Virus record (IMG/VR): IMGVR_UViG_3300020596_000014
Coordinates: 1-64,000 of that record
Reading direction: 5' to 3' (one strand)
DNA length: 64,000 nucleotides
From: a virus
The notes beneath the pieces were generated by a model. It did no database searches, was not told where the DNA came from, and worked only from the letters and a program-made list of their open reading frames with translations. The position numbers and the translations under genes are program-made. Shown in pieces: positions 10,559 through 19,588 of this stretch; position 1 is the stretch's first letter; each line of letters starts with the position of its first letter.

Positions 10559-11047
10559 ATGAACAACCGTCAGAAGGTGAACGCTTTGGTTGAAGCTGTT
10601 GCGCGCCGTCTCGTGGAAGCCCAGCCGGCTCCTACAGCCAAGACAGGAAATTTCCGCTACAACAACGACGGCACCTCGACGAGCGAACGTCCGGACGGGA
10701 CAACCCCCACGTCAGGCACAGCGAACACGCAGATGCCTCCGACACAACATCCGCCGACTGTGGCTGCGAGCGCGAGCGCGGCCGAGGCTGGCGCGACCGC
10801 AGACGGCGCCGGGAAGGGTTCGCACATCAACCAGAACCCGAACCGAATCGGGGCGGCGCCTTCTCAGAAGAACATCAAGGTCAACTCCATCAAGAAGGCG
10901 TTGGACACGCAAGGTTACTCGAAAAACCCTGCCGGCGCGAAACGCATGAACACTGCGCTCACCGGTTGGTACGATCAGCTCGATCCCGCGGACGCTTTGG
11001 TCGCGACCGCTGATGAACTCGCACTCCGCTTCGCCGGCGAAGGATGA
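10559..11047 (+). CDS. Putative head-associated low-complexity protein
   Basis: TAGCTA 5 nt before ATG 10559; N-terminal LVEAVARRLVEA; Thr/Pro/Ala-rich. Confidence 0.65.
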   Translation: MNNRQKVNALVEAVARRLVEAQPAPTAKTGNFRYNNDGTSTSERPDGTTPTSGTANTQMPPTQHPPTVAASASAAEAGATADGAGKGSHINQNPNRIGAAPSQKNIKVNSIKKALDTQGYSKNPAGAKRMNTALTGWYDQLDPADALVATADELALRFAGEG

Positions 11048-12024
11048 GTTCACTCCGGGCTCTCATTCGAGCTGTCCTTCTCGAAGACGACGAGAAGCTC
11101 AAGAAGTGGGTTCTTGCTGACGGGAATCCGGTTGAGCGTGAGCTTGTGAAGATCGGCATCGTTCCTCTACGTCGAGGCGCAGAACAGATCTCAAAGCTCG
11201 GTGAAGGACAAAACAACGTTGTTCTTGACGTCGTTTATAATGGCAAACGCGCTGCCGCTCGCATCTCAGAAGAGATGGAGGAGCTTGACTCGCTTACGAC
11301 CTTCGTAGCTCATGTGAAGGCGATGCCGACAAAGTACCACAAACACTTCCCAAATATCTACAAAACTTTTGAGATCAAAACTAGGTCTAGGTGGGATAAT
11401 CAGTACTACTACGGTGCCGTTGTTGAGATGCTTGATCCTTTGCCGCCCGGTCTCGAGTTCGACCTCGACTTTCAGAGCATAAATGGGAACCTGCAGCGCG
11501 CGCGCGTCGCAGCATTGATGGCCGACAACTGGGTGCTTGAAGGCATCATTCAAGACTCTACAGAACAACGTGACGTGCAAGCGGAGCTTCTTCACTTGTA
11601 TGAAGAGAACATTCGTTCTCAGCTGTTGTCGTGGGTGAACAAGCCGCTGAGTGATTTCGACGAGTGGCTGAACAACGTGATCGACAAGCACACCGTAGGC
11701 ATGACGCAAAACGAGTCAAAGCCTTATTACATCTTCAACAAGGGATTGCTAACAGCATTGAAGGGCGCTGTCATCCCGACCGAACCAACTCAATCGCGAC
11801 AACAATCCCGCATGCCGGACAATCACGTTTCTGCAAAGGTTAGGGAATTCTACGAATTCCTTCAAGCACTTGAAGAGTCCGGCATGAAGCACGGAGACCT
11901 TCACACCGGAAACTTCATGGTGCGTCGTAGCACAGGCGACTTTGTGATCGTTGATCCTGGCTATTTCGATTCAAGCAACGACGAATCAGGCTCTAGAAGC
12001 TTCTACCCATCTAGCGGATCGTAG
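11044..12024 (+). CDS. Atypical protein-kinase-fold enzyme
   Basis: LGEGQNNVV (Gly loop), HGDLHTGNFM (catalytic loop), IVDPG (DFG equivalent); the beta3 Lys appears to be Arg (AAARI). Confidence 0.8.
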   Translation: MSSLRALIRAVLLEDDEKLKKWVLADGNPVERELVKIGIVPLRRGAEQISKLGEGQNNVVLDVVYNGKRAAARISEEMEELDSLTTFVAHVKAMPTKYHKHFPNIYKTFEIKTRSRWDNQYYYGAVVEMLDPLPPGLEFDLDFQSINGNLQRARVAALMADNWVLEGIIQDSTEQRDVQAELLHLYEENIRSQLLSWVNKPLSDFDEWLNNVIDKHTVGMTQNESKPYYIFNKGLLTALKGAVIPTEPTQSRQQSRMPDNHVSAKVREFYEFLQALEESGMKHGDLHTGNFMVRRSTGDFVIVDPGYFDSSNDESGSRSFYPSSGS

Positions 12025-12205
12025 CCTTCGAGACCTTACCATTCTCGATCTCGATACAGACACGATCCGTGCACTCGTCTTCCGGGTAAGAGAGGAACGG
12101 GTCGCCGTCGATGCTGATGAGTCGAAAGATCAGATTCTTGAGCTCGGCCACGTCCTGCGCGCGCTTCTTCGTCATACCAATAAAGTCGATGATCGGTGCG
12201 GTCAT
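12011..12205 (-). CDS. Small protein resembling peptidase inhibitor I78 / potato inhibitor I fold
   Basis: FIGM...A...R....DG...D...DRV.IEI.NG.V..A pattern. Confidence 0.45.
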   Translation of the reverse strand: MTAPIIDFIGMTKKRAQDVAELKNLIFRLISIDGDPFLSYPEDECTDRVCIEIENGKVSKATIR

Positions 12206-12687
12206 GCACTCGACTCTACGTCGAGAATAGGCAACATGGGACTTTCAGATTCTTTCAAGTTGTCGATGAGCCATTTGGCGAAGGTTTCGTTGTACAACGC
12301 CATCTGACGCTTGCTTTGGATGTGCGCAACGCACTTCTCGCCGGACCACCCGGTGTGCAAATACAGAGCCATCGCTGTGACCATACCAGACCGATTGAGA
12401 CCCGCCATGCACGTGACGAGCACCTTTTTTCCCGTTTCGAGTAGTTGGGCAACACGTTGAGCTGCGAGCATCCACGTTGGCAGGTATCGCATCATGCGAT
12501 TCACACACGCGTCATCCTTGCCAGGGGCGAGGATGACCTGTATGTTTGTGTAGAGTTCGTCATGTTGGTTCTCGTCCGCGCAGAGCACGAGGACTTCGAA
12601 CCCACGTTTGGCGAGCTCGTCTCCGAATGGTGGTAAGGATCCCTGATACAATCTCTCGCAAATCTGGTTAACGTCGAGTGAAGGCAT
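12202..12687 (-). CDS. Dual-specificity (CX5R) phosphatase
   Basis: LYQGS; KVLVTCMAGLNRSG. Confidence 0.88.
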   Translation of the reverse strand: MPSLDVNQICERLYQGSLPPFGDELAKRGFEVLVLCADENQHDELYTNIQVILAPGKDDACVNRMMRYLPTWMLAAQRVAQLLETGKKVLVTCMAGLNRSGMVTAMALYLHTGWSGEKCVAHIQSKRQMALYNETFAKWLIDNLKESESPMLPILDVESSA

Positions 12688-12700
12688 GGTTCCAAACTAG

Positions 12701-13051
12701 TCAGCGGCAGGCCAACGGAAGACCTGCACAAAGTTCTTGCAACTGCGTAACGTCCGGCTCAAGAACAACACATGTCAACGCATCATTCCAATCAGGCTCG
12801 CGAAACGATGAGACAGCCAAACCGTTCTCGGACTTATTGCTGATGCGCTCAGCATCCCAGAACAGCTTGTAGAGCGCGTCTTCGTCGGGCACCGTGAGGC
12901 ACACGACGAAGTTCGATTCACGCTCCCAACTAGCGAACGTGCACGGGTAATCCTTGGCGAACGTCGCCATCCCGTGGACGAGCTGCACAGCCTGCGAGCC
13001 GTGTCGTAGGTCCGCTCGAGTGACTAGGTAAAGTTTTGCGGTCGAGTTCAC
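12701..13051 (-). CDS. pth2: Peptidyl-tRNA hydrolase, Pth2 family
   Basis: KLYLVTRADL..G.QAVQLVH...W....VVCL.V..E..L...FREPD...ALTC; GTG start overlaps the upstream stop. Confidence 0.8.
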   Translation of the reverse strand: MNSTAKLYLVTRADLRHGSQAVQLVHGMATFAKDYPCTFASWERESNFVVCLTVPDEDALYKLFWDAERISNKSENGLAVSSFREPDWNDALTCVVLEPDVTQLQELCAGLPLACR

Positions 13052-13665
13052 GAATCCACCTCGGCAAAATGCTCTTCGCAGTACGTTGTTAGCCAAGCGT
13101 GCGCCATTTTACCCTCTTCTATCCAGCGAGGAACGTGAACGACCCATTGATCATACGCCCACCCTGAATTGGGATCGTGTATGAGTTGATAAGTCTCTAA
13201 CCAAAGTATCGCCTCTTTGATGTTACTTAAATTCGCAAAGGCTGCATTGATCTTTGTAGCGGCATGTTTTTCAAGACCTTTAAGTGTGTTGATACCAAGT
13301 AAATTTTCTGTATAGCATTTCGCACAGCTACACGCGACACAGATACAATCGCCTACATGTGGATTTAGAAGATCTTGTACAAGAAGAGCGGCGCGCTCGT
13401 CTAACTGTTCGCATAACGACTTGCCGTTGTGTTTCACATCGTCCAACAAATAGTCAATGTCTAGCGTTCGCAAAGCTGCCGCAATGCGCTCTTCGGGAGT
13501 CTTGGATTGGTTGGGAAGCGATAGTTTTGCGTCTAGATCACAACAAGCAGACACAATACAATCTTCGAGATACTGGGACTTAAGACGTTCTTTCAACAAT
13601 GTCAAGTCAGCAGTGTCTAGCTCGACACGAGTGGACAACGGGTTCTCTGCCCATACAATTTTCAT
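13048..13665 (-). CDS. Hypothetical protein with Cys cluster
   Basis: 205 aa, H.GDC.C..CSC.KC motif; coupled at both ends. Confidence 0.65.
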   Translation of the reverse strand: MKIVWAENPLSTRVELDTADLTLLKERLKSQYLEDCIVSACCDLDAKLSLPNQSKTPEERIAAALRTLDIDYLLDDVKHNGKSLCEQLDERAALLVQDLLNPHVGDCICVACSCAKCYTENLLGINTLKGLEKHAATKINAAFANLSNIKEAILWLETYQLIHDPNSGWAYDQWVVHVPRWIEEGKMAHAWLTTYCEEHFAEVDS

Positions 13666-14000
13666 TCGTTCACCTCAACTTTGTCTTTCTTGACACGCGG
13701 AGTCTTCTTTATCCAAACGACGAGAGCATTCACAGCGTCGTAGATCTCATGCGGGACGCAACGGAACTCTCCGTTCTCTACCGACTTCGGGTGCTCAGAA
13801 AACGCCCCAAGGGCCCACAAACAGGCCTCCACTCCCATACAGAGCGGGTTGTCGTTACAGCAACGCTCCATACGCTCGTAGGGCACACCTCGCACAAGCC
13901 CGTAGGCAAGATGTTCCGCTCGGCCCCACGTGTTCCACGGGCCGAACAACTTCGTCATTTTCGCAAACGCTTCGTACTTTTTCATCTTCAACATGGTCAT
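13662..14000 (-). CDS. Phage hypothetical protein (R..HLAYGLVRGVPY motif)
   Basis: AAGGA Shine-Dalgarno before ATG 14000; first long ORF of the Pth2 operon. Confidence 0.7.
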   Translation of the reverse strand: MTMLKMKKYEAFAKMTKLFGPWNTWGRAEHLAYGLVRGVPYERMERCCNDNPLCMGVEACLWALGAFSEHPKSVENGEFRCVPHEIYDAVNALVVWIKKTPRVKKDKVEVNE

Positions 14001-14122
14001 ATTCCTTTTCAAGTCACATCGTCACACGCGTTTTCACACGGACGGGACAGGGAGGATCACGAGGTGAATGGTTATAGTGATAGCTGGATGTTCATGATAT
14101 CTTAGATAGTAGTCGGAAGTTG

Positions 14123-14198
14123 CGATCCCGGCGGGATTCGAACCCGCGATCTTCCAGTTCTATCGGCTGTTTGCTCTAGACCACTGAGCTACGGGATC
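14123..14198 (-). tRNA. tRNA-like gene with aberrant anticodon arm (identity undetermined)
   Basis: GATCCCG TA GCTC AGTGGTCTA GAGC A AACAG CCGATAGAA CTGGA AGATC GCGGG TTCGAAT CCCGC CGGGATC G. Acceptor, D and T arms are perfect; the anticodon stem has 3 bp and a 9-nt loop; no encoded CCA. Confidence 0.8.
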
Positions 14199-14214
14199 AG
14201 GTCAACGAATCGGC

Positions 14215-14493
14215 TTACGGGTTTGCTTCGAGCCAGAGCTCGTCGCGACGTGTCTTGACATGAGTGTAGACGTCTCTATCGATCTTTCCTGCGTAGACGG
14301 TAAGCCAATCATCGATCTGACGATGATCACGTGAACGTAAAGCTTCGCACAAATCGTGTTGCATGAGATCTTCGTTGAGATGTTTGCGCGTGATCTCAAC
14401 GCCAGTTCGTTTCACCATACTAACGAACATGGAAGTGCCTAGACCAATGGTAACGAGCCCTGCGCATATAACAATGAATTCGGCGATAATCAT
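14215..14493 (-). CDS. Small membrane-anchored hypothetical protein
   Basis: 92 aa with an N-terminal hydrophobic helix. Confidence 0.6.
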   Translation of the reverse strand: MIIAEFIVICAGLVTIGLGTSMFVSMVKRTGVEITRKHLNEDLMQHDLCEALRSRDHRQIDDWLTVYAGKIDRDVYTHVKTRRDELWLEANP

Positions 14494-14783
14494 AGCTTCT
14501 TGGGTGTCATCTGAAGAATGACGTTTGGGTTGGGAGGAAGTATCAGTCTATTTCTTCATGAGTCGGATAGTACGACTCTAAATGTTGAGTGCTTACTCTT
14601 TCGGCGTAGCAAGTGTGTCATCGTCCCATTCCAACACTCGAAGTTGCGTTGGCAAAACAAAACCCTCGATGACCAACGCAACACCTTTTGTGGGAGTCGG
14701 CATCTCGCTAAACATCTTGAAAAGTGCTTCAGGATCGCGCAAAAGCCCTGCCTTCACCCAATTAAATAAAGCTGACAAGTAAA

Positions 14784-15764
14784 TTACTGTCCCGTATTTG
14801 TCTTTTTTGTTACCGCGCGACCGATCATTTTCTCCCAATCTTTGCCCGATCTGACTTCCAGGTTCTTCTTCCAAGTCGCTTCGAGCATCGTTGGCTCCAA
14901 CCCGAGTTCTTTTTCCTTGTGGATCAAGGCGTTAAGGTCCTTCGGGAAACAACTTAAAGAGAACCCAAACAGGGGCTTCCCGGCTTCGTCGGTTTCGAAC
15001 GAAGGGACGCGCCAATGGCTTTTCCCTAGCCTGTCATCAAGTGTCGCGCATTCGACAACACGGTCATAATCGACGTCGCAACCGGACTTGCTGAGGGCTT
15101 CACACAGGAAGTACATCTCATTCGCGAACGAGACCTTCATTGAGAGGAAGCAATTCGTGATGTATTTGCACAGTTCGGCGTTCGTGCTGCTTGTCTTGAT
15201 GATCGGGACCTGCGGGAAGGCGGACTGGAAAACTTGTTTCACGCGATTGATATGAGGACGCGGGCCTCCGAGTACGATGCGGTTTTGATTCCGCATGTCA
15301 TCGAGCGCAGATGCTTCGCGCAGAAACTCCGGCGAGAACACGACGCGTAAAGGCGTCCCTTCGTATTTCTTGTTCCACCGCTCCGTCGAGCCGGGTGGCA
15401 CGGTTGACTTAACGACAGCAATGCGATGCTGCCCGCTAGCGCCGGTTGTGCCTGTGATCGGCAAACTTGCAAGTTCATCGAGCACTCCCTCGACGATACT
15501 CAGATCAGCCGAGCCGTCCTCATACATTGGTGTAGGGAGACAGACGAAGTAGACGCCTGTGAAGGTCTTCGCCACAGTCTCGTACTGTTCGCAGTAGTCG
15601 ACTAGACCACTTATACCAGGAAAAGTCGGTGGAATTTGTTTACCGCCGACAGCAACCTTTCCCGTCTTGTCGTAAATGTACACGTCGAAACCGCGTTCGC
15701 TAAAACAAGTTGTGAGAGAGCCGCCGACAAAACCATTTCCAATTACACCAATCGACTGCTTCAA
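14784..15764 (-). CDS. ugd: UDP-glucose/GDP-mannose 6-dehydrogenase (short form)
   Basis: GVIGNGFVG, CLPTP, KSTVPPG, SPEFLRE, ELCKY..N, CFPKD. Confidence 0.88.
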   Translation of the reverse strand: MKQSIGVIGNGFVGGSLTTCFSERGFDVYIYDKTGKVAVGGKQIPPTFPGISGLVDYCEQYETVAKTFTGVYFVCLPTPMYEDGSADLSIVEGVLDELASLPITGTTGASGQHRIAVVKSTVPPGSTERWNKKYEGTPLRVVFSPEFLREASALDDMRNQNRIVLGGPRPHINRVKQVFQSAFPQVPIIKTSSTNAELCKYITNCFLSMKVSFANEMYFLCEALSKSGCDVDYDRVVECATLDDRLGKSHWRVPSFETDEAGKPLFGFSLSCFPKDLNALIHKEKELGLEPTMLEATWKKNLEVRSGKDWEKMIGRAVTKKTNTGQ

Positions 15765-16093
15765 GCTGATTTGATCCTTTCAACCAACGTGTCAAATGGT
15801 AGCGTGTCAAACTCAATGTCAGTAATCCTGACGAGTTTCAAGTTTTTACTCTTAAACCAAGAGTCTTGCACTCTATCGTTGTGCCATCGTTGAACGATTT
15901 CTTGATCATGTGAATTTGTTCCAAGTGCAATCTCATCAATTGGTCGATCAAGGCCGTGCCAATAAACACCGTCAAATTGAACGTACACGTCAAGATCTAC
16001 GAGCCAGAAATCGATGGGACGTCTATGGCCTTTTGCTCTCTTTTGTCGTTTTACACCATCGCCAAAAACTTCAACAAGACGCTCGCAGAACAA
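15761..16093 (-). mobile_element. Truncated Vsr/DUF559-like endonuclease
   Basis: IDFWL...VQFDGVYWHG...D..QD.W....LVRI; AT-rich; lacks N-terminal DNA-binding repeats. Confidence 0.7.
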
Positions 16094-16133
16094 ATTCTCG
16101 GCTTTTGAAACCCCACAATCGCAATGCTCTTCT

Positions 16134-16991
16134 TCACGCCTCGTAATTTAGCTTATCGAGGGCTGGTTGAACTATTCTGCCCCAATCTTTCATGTTAGGG
16201 TGGGACTTAACAAGAAGTTCGTACACGTCTTCTTCGTGATCGGTCAACCAGGTCAACGCCTTCATCTGCGCTTCGCCGCCTTTTTGAACAGCTTTCACGA
16301 GCTCCGACAACAATTCTACAGGCGCGGGCTCGTTGAGCAGGTCATCGAGTGAATGCCGCGTCTTACTGATGTCGGCATGAGCGCGCTGGAAGCCGTTCTC
16401 GGCGGCGTCTCTTATCATGTCGACGACGTCGTCGCGTGTCCACTCATTCGAAGAAGCCGCTGCCTTGTTGATCACTCGATCTCCTTCTTTTAAGGCTGTC
16501 TCAATGTCGAACCCAACAGGGCCAAGATAGGCAGCCCTGAGGAAGTCGGGGGCATGCTTATCTCTATTAACATCAGCGTCTCGTTCGATCAGTGCGCGGT
16601 TATCCTTGTTTTGCTCAAAGTAGCGTTTGATGACTTGTTGTGCAGCCGGACTAACATTGTTATCGGCGAACACAGACTTCCAATGTTCCAGCGCGCCAGC
16701 TAGCAAAACAACAGAGACGACAGCATTGTCACCGTATAAGAGTTTAAGTCTGTAGTTCCCGTCGTACTCGTGTTTGACCTGTGCGTACCCCAACACCAGT
16801 GGTATCGGCGTTCCCTCATGTACAACGATCTTCGACGTGGAAAGCGCAATCAAGGATACTCTGCCGCTACTACTGCTCTTTAGGAGTGTGAACGCGATGT
16901 GACCAAGCTGTCGGTTCGCGAGTCCAATAACATTAGCCTCTTGAATGAGCTGCGACCGAACGTATTGGCGCAGTTCTTTGAGAGTGACCAT
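16134..16991 (-). CDS. Putative head-packaged protein, possibly with a degenerate GNAT-like domain
   Basis: TACTTA 5 nt upstream; MVTLKELRQYVRSQLIQEA leader; AD..VS.AAQ.V..RY segment. Confidence 0.6.
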   Translation of the reverse strand: MVTLKELRQYVRSQLIQEANVIGLANRQLGHIAFTLLKSSSSGRVSLIALSTSKIVVHEGTPIPLVLGYAQVKHEYDGNYRLKLLYGDNAVVSVVLLAGALEHWKSVFADNNVSPAAQQVIKRYFEQNKDNRALIERDADVNRDKHAPDFLRAAYLGPVGFDIETALKEGDRVINKAAASSNEWTRDDVVDMIRDAAENGFQRAHADISKTRHSLDDLLNEPAPVELLSELVKAVQKGGEAQMKALTWLTDHEEDVYELLVKSHPNMKDWGRIVQPALDKLNYEA

Positions 16992-17009
16992 TGCTCTAAG
17001 TAGAAACGC

Positions 17010-18020
17010 TCACTCGTACACTGTTCTTCTGTTATCGATTGTGCCGTCTAAACAGGCATCAACGAATCCGTCGAGTGTTTTGATGACATATTCCCCAACG
17101 GCCTCGTGAGTCATGAACGGTCGAAGCTTGGCTGCACGTCGTCCGATGTCGGCGCGAATGCCACTGTGAGCGAGAAGATGGTCGATGTTCTTCTCGAGTT
17201 CAACGTAGTTGTAGTCCGGCCTGTAGTCGATCGTCCTGAGAGAAGCGTAATGTTCCCACTCCTTGAGATGCCAACAACAGTTGTTCTGTGGTAGCGCGAG
17301 CACGCACTTTCCAAGCACAATAAACTCGTAGAATTTACGACTCGACACACCGATGCCCGGGAAGTCAAGACACAATTTCGTGCGATTAATGACGTCGTAA
17401 TACTCGTTCGCCGGCATGAGCCCGTCGTACGTGATGATGTTGAGATCCTTGCGACGCTCCTTTATCTCGAGAAGCTTCGCATATCCGATGCGACGGTTGG
17501 TAGGCCAATGTTGGTTAGTGTTGCGGTTCTTGGGCCAGCAGTACGGGTAGTTGTGGTCATGCACCCGACCGCCAACGAAGAGCACGTCGATGTCCTGCTC
17601 GACACTCGGAAGCGAGTCAGCGATCTTGACGATATGGTCAGGATCGTTGGTCATCAACGCAAGTGGGTAAACATCCCGTTTGAATGGATAGAACATGCGC
17701 TGTTCGGAGATAGAAGCGAATTGGATCTTGAAAACCATGTAATCATCCACTTTGTAGTGGTTGATCAGGTTCTGGAAGCGCGTCCAGTTCAACTTACAGT
17801 CAGAAGGCGTGCCGCCAGACCCGTCATCACCATCAAAGAAGCAAAGAAACTTCTTCGCGTCGCGCTCGTACAGGAAACACGACCAATTCTTCCCGAGCGT
17901 CTGCGGCGTCATGTGCTCGTCACGCACGCCGACCGACGCGTTCTTCTTGTATAACTTCTCGAGAAAGTGGACGAGGTGGTCGCGATCGTCGACGCCGTAT
18001 CTTGAGATGGTGCCTTTCAT
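17010..18020 (-). CDS. Glycosyltransferase (Glyco_trans_1_2/CgeB-like)
   Basis: DIDVLFVG...Y..VINRTKLCL..PG.G..S.KFYE....GK. Confidence 0.75.
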   Translation of the reverse strand: MKGTISRYGVDDRDHLVHFLEKLYKKNASVGVRDEHMTPQTLGKNWSCFLYERDAKKFLCFFDGDDGSGGTPSDCKLNWTRFQNLINHYKVDDYMVFKIQFASISEQRMFYPFKRDVYPLALMTNDPDHIVKIADSLPSVEQDIDVLFVGGRVHDHNYPYCWPKNRNTNQHWPTNRRIGYAKLLEIKERRKDLNIITYDGLMPANEYYDVINRTKLCLDFPGIGVSSRKFYEFIVLGKCVLALPQNNCCWHLKEWEHYASLRTIDYRPDYNYVELEKNIDHLLAHSGIRADIGRRAAKLRPFMTHEAVGEYVIKTLDGFVDACLDGTIDNRRTVYE

Positions 18021-18835
18021 ATGTGTTCTGCGATGAGATAGACTTGGTTGACGTGCTTACTGCGGAATTTCCCGTGTTCGATCAAAGTGAATGGGCCAAG
18101 ACGACTCATCACTTGGTCAACATTTGGCTGTCGAACGTGCCCAAACGGCTCAACATCAGGCACACCTCCGCGAGTGAGAGCAACCTCAGGAAAGGTGATC
18201 AGCACCTTACATTCTTTTGCGGTTATATCCTTAAAACCAGACAAGAGTCTTTCTTCTTCGCTGTCACGCAAATGTTCGAGAAACTCTGTACACGTCACGA
18301 GGTCAAAGTTAGACTCAACATACAGAGCCGCAATCGAGTCATGCGTGGCATTGAAGTACTCAACCTCGATCCCGCTAAGCGCGAGTAACTTGTTGTAACA
18401 TGGAAGCATGTCACATGAGTGATATTGTAACGGGATCTTGAATATGTCACGAAAAAGCAATAATCCATGATGTCCGTGAGCTGGTGCAATGTCTAGTAAT
18501 TTCGTTCCCGTGAAACGAGTAAAGAAATTGTCTTTTGCCCAATCAGGACGCGGAAAACTAGTGCCTTCTCGACTCCATACGGTTCGCGCAAAACTGTTCA
18601 TCGTGTGATCGCGAAGGAGTTTTCTATCTGTTTCATCAAGATCTGAAAGCTTTCGTTTGAACTCATCGATCTCAGCCTTCAGATGCGCTGAGTCGTTTGA
18701 TGTCGTCTTTGATAAACGTTCCATGTCTTCGTTTGTGTACGCAAACGAATGATGCGGATAACCCCAACCGATGATGCCGTTCGTGAACTCCGAGCCACCA
18801 ATCATTTCCAACAGAAGTTTTACTTGGTTATTCAT
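18017..18835 (-). CDS. Class I SAM-dependent methyltransferase
   Basis: LLDIAPAHG; FDLVTCTEFLEHL. Confidence 0.8.
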   Translation of the reverse strand: MNNQVKLLLEMIGGSEFTNGIIGWGYPHHSFAYTNEDMERLSKTTSNDSAHLKAEIDEFKRKLSDLDETDRKLLRDHTMNSFARTVWSREGTSFPRPDWAKDNFFTRFTGTKLLDIAPAHGHHGLLLFRDIFKIPLQYHSCDMLPCYNKLLALSGIEVEYFNATHDSIAALYVESNFDLVTCTEFLEHLRDSEEERLLSGFKDITAKECKVLITFPEVALTRGGVPDVEPFGHVRQPNVDQVMSRLGPFTLIEHGKFRSKHVNQVYLIAEHI

Positions 18836-18859
18836 TTTGATGTACGCAAACCGTGTGAA

Positions 18860-19588
18860 TCATTCGTTAGTCCAAATTAATTCTTTAGAATGATGATGCT
18901 GATTCGCCTTGCGACGGCTAGTCACTACGCAATGGGAATCAACGAATGGTAACCAAGGAGGAATCTCATTAGTCACGGGGCATCTCGCTTCACATACAAT
19001 GACTTGTCCTAACAGGTTGCGAACCGTAGTACCCAACTTTGTATAATCGAGTAAATCTTGTCGATATTTGTAATTGCTAAAATATGGCGGGTCAACGAAC
19101 CAGGTTGCCGGTTCAAGATGGTTCTTCATCAAAGCAAGACCATCATCGACAACCGTCCAATGTTTGACTAAGTGGATCTCACTTGCGACACGACTTCGTG
19201 TGTTCTCTGTCCATTGTCCTGACAGGTTCCCCCATGACGAGATTGTCCAACACGAGCCGACATTGTTGGTTCGCTGCCACGTCTTGAGTAGCAATGCCTG
19301 TCCGTCGCTCAACCCAATCTCACGAATGTCAGTCCCTATCGGTAACCCAAGTGGGATAGCACGCACATCAGTCTCAGTTGCTTCCGTGACGATCCACTTC
19401 CATAACTGCGAAATATGCGGATCCGTTTCAGCGATGGTAACTTTTGTGGCAAAGTGACGTAGCGAGTAACCAGCTCCGCCTGCGAACGGTTCGATAACAC
19501 TCTCATATTTCGGTGTAGGGTAATGCTTGGACGCCGTCCATTTTGAGCCAAACCACTTAAAAAGCGGACCAGTGATTTTGTCACTCAT
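18860..19588 (-). CDS. DNA adenine methyltransferase, Dam/D12-like (short)
   Basis: PLFKWFGSKW, EPFAGGAG, FVDPPY. Confidence 0.85.
   Translation of the reverse strand: MSDKITGPLFKWFGSKWTASKHYPTPKYESVIEPFAGGAGYSLRHFATKVTIAETDPHISQLWKWIVTEATETDVRAIPLGLPIGTDIREIGLSDGQALLLKTWQRTNNVGSCWTISSWGNLSGQWTENTRSRVASEIHLVKHWTVVDDGLALMKNHLEPATWFVDPPYFSNYKYRQDLLDYTKLGTTVRNLLGQVIVCEARCPVTNEIPPWLPFVDSHCVVTSRRKANQHHHSKELIWTNE

Noticed and set aside
14494-14783. Small ORF 14593-14874, GAGTCG/CGACTC hairpin at 14560-14578 and a broken MKK* ORF
   Set aside because: No clear start outside ugd and no recognisable motif; probably decayed small genes.
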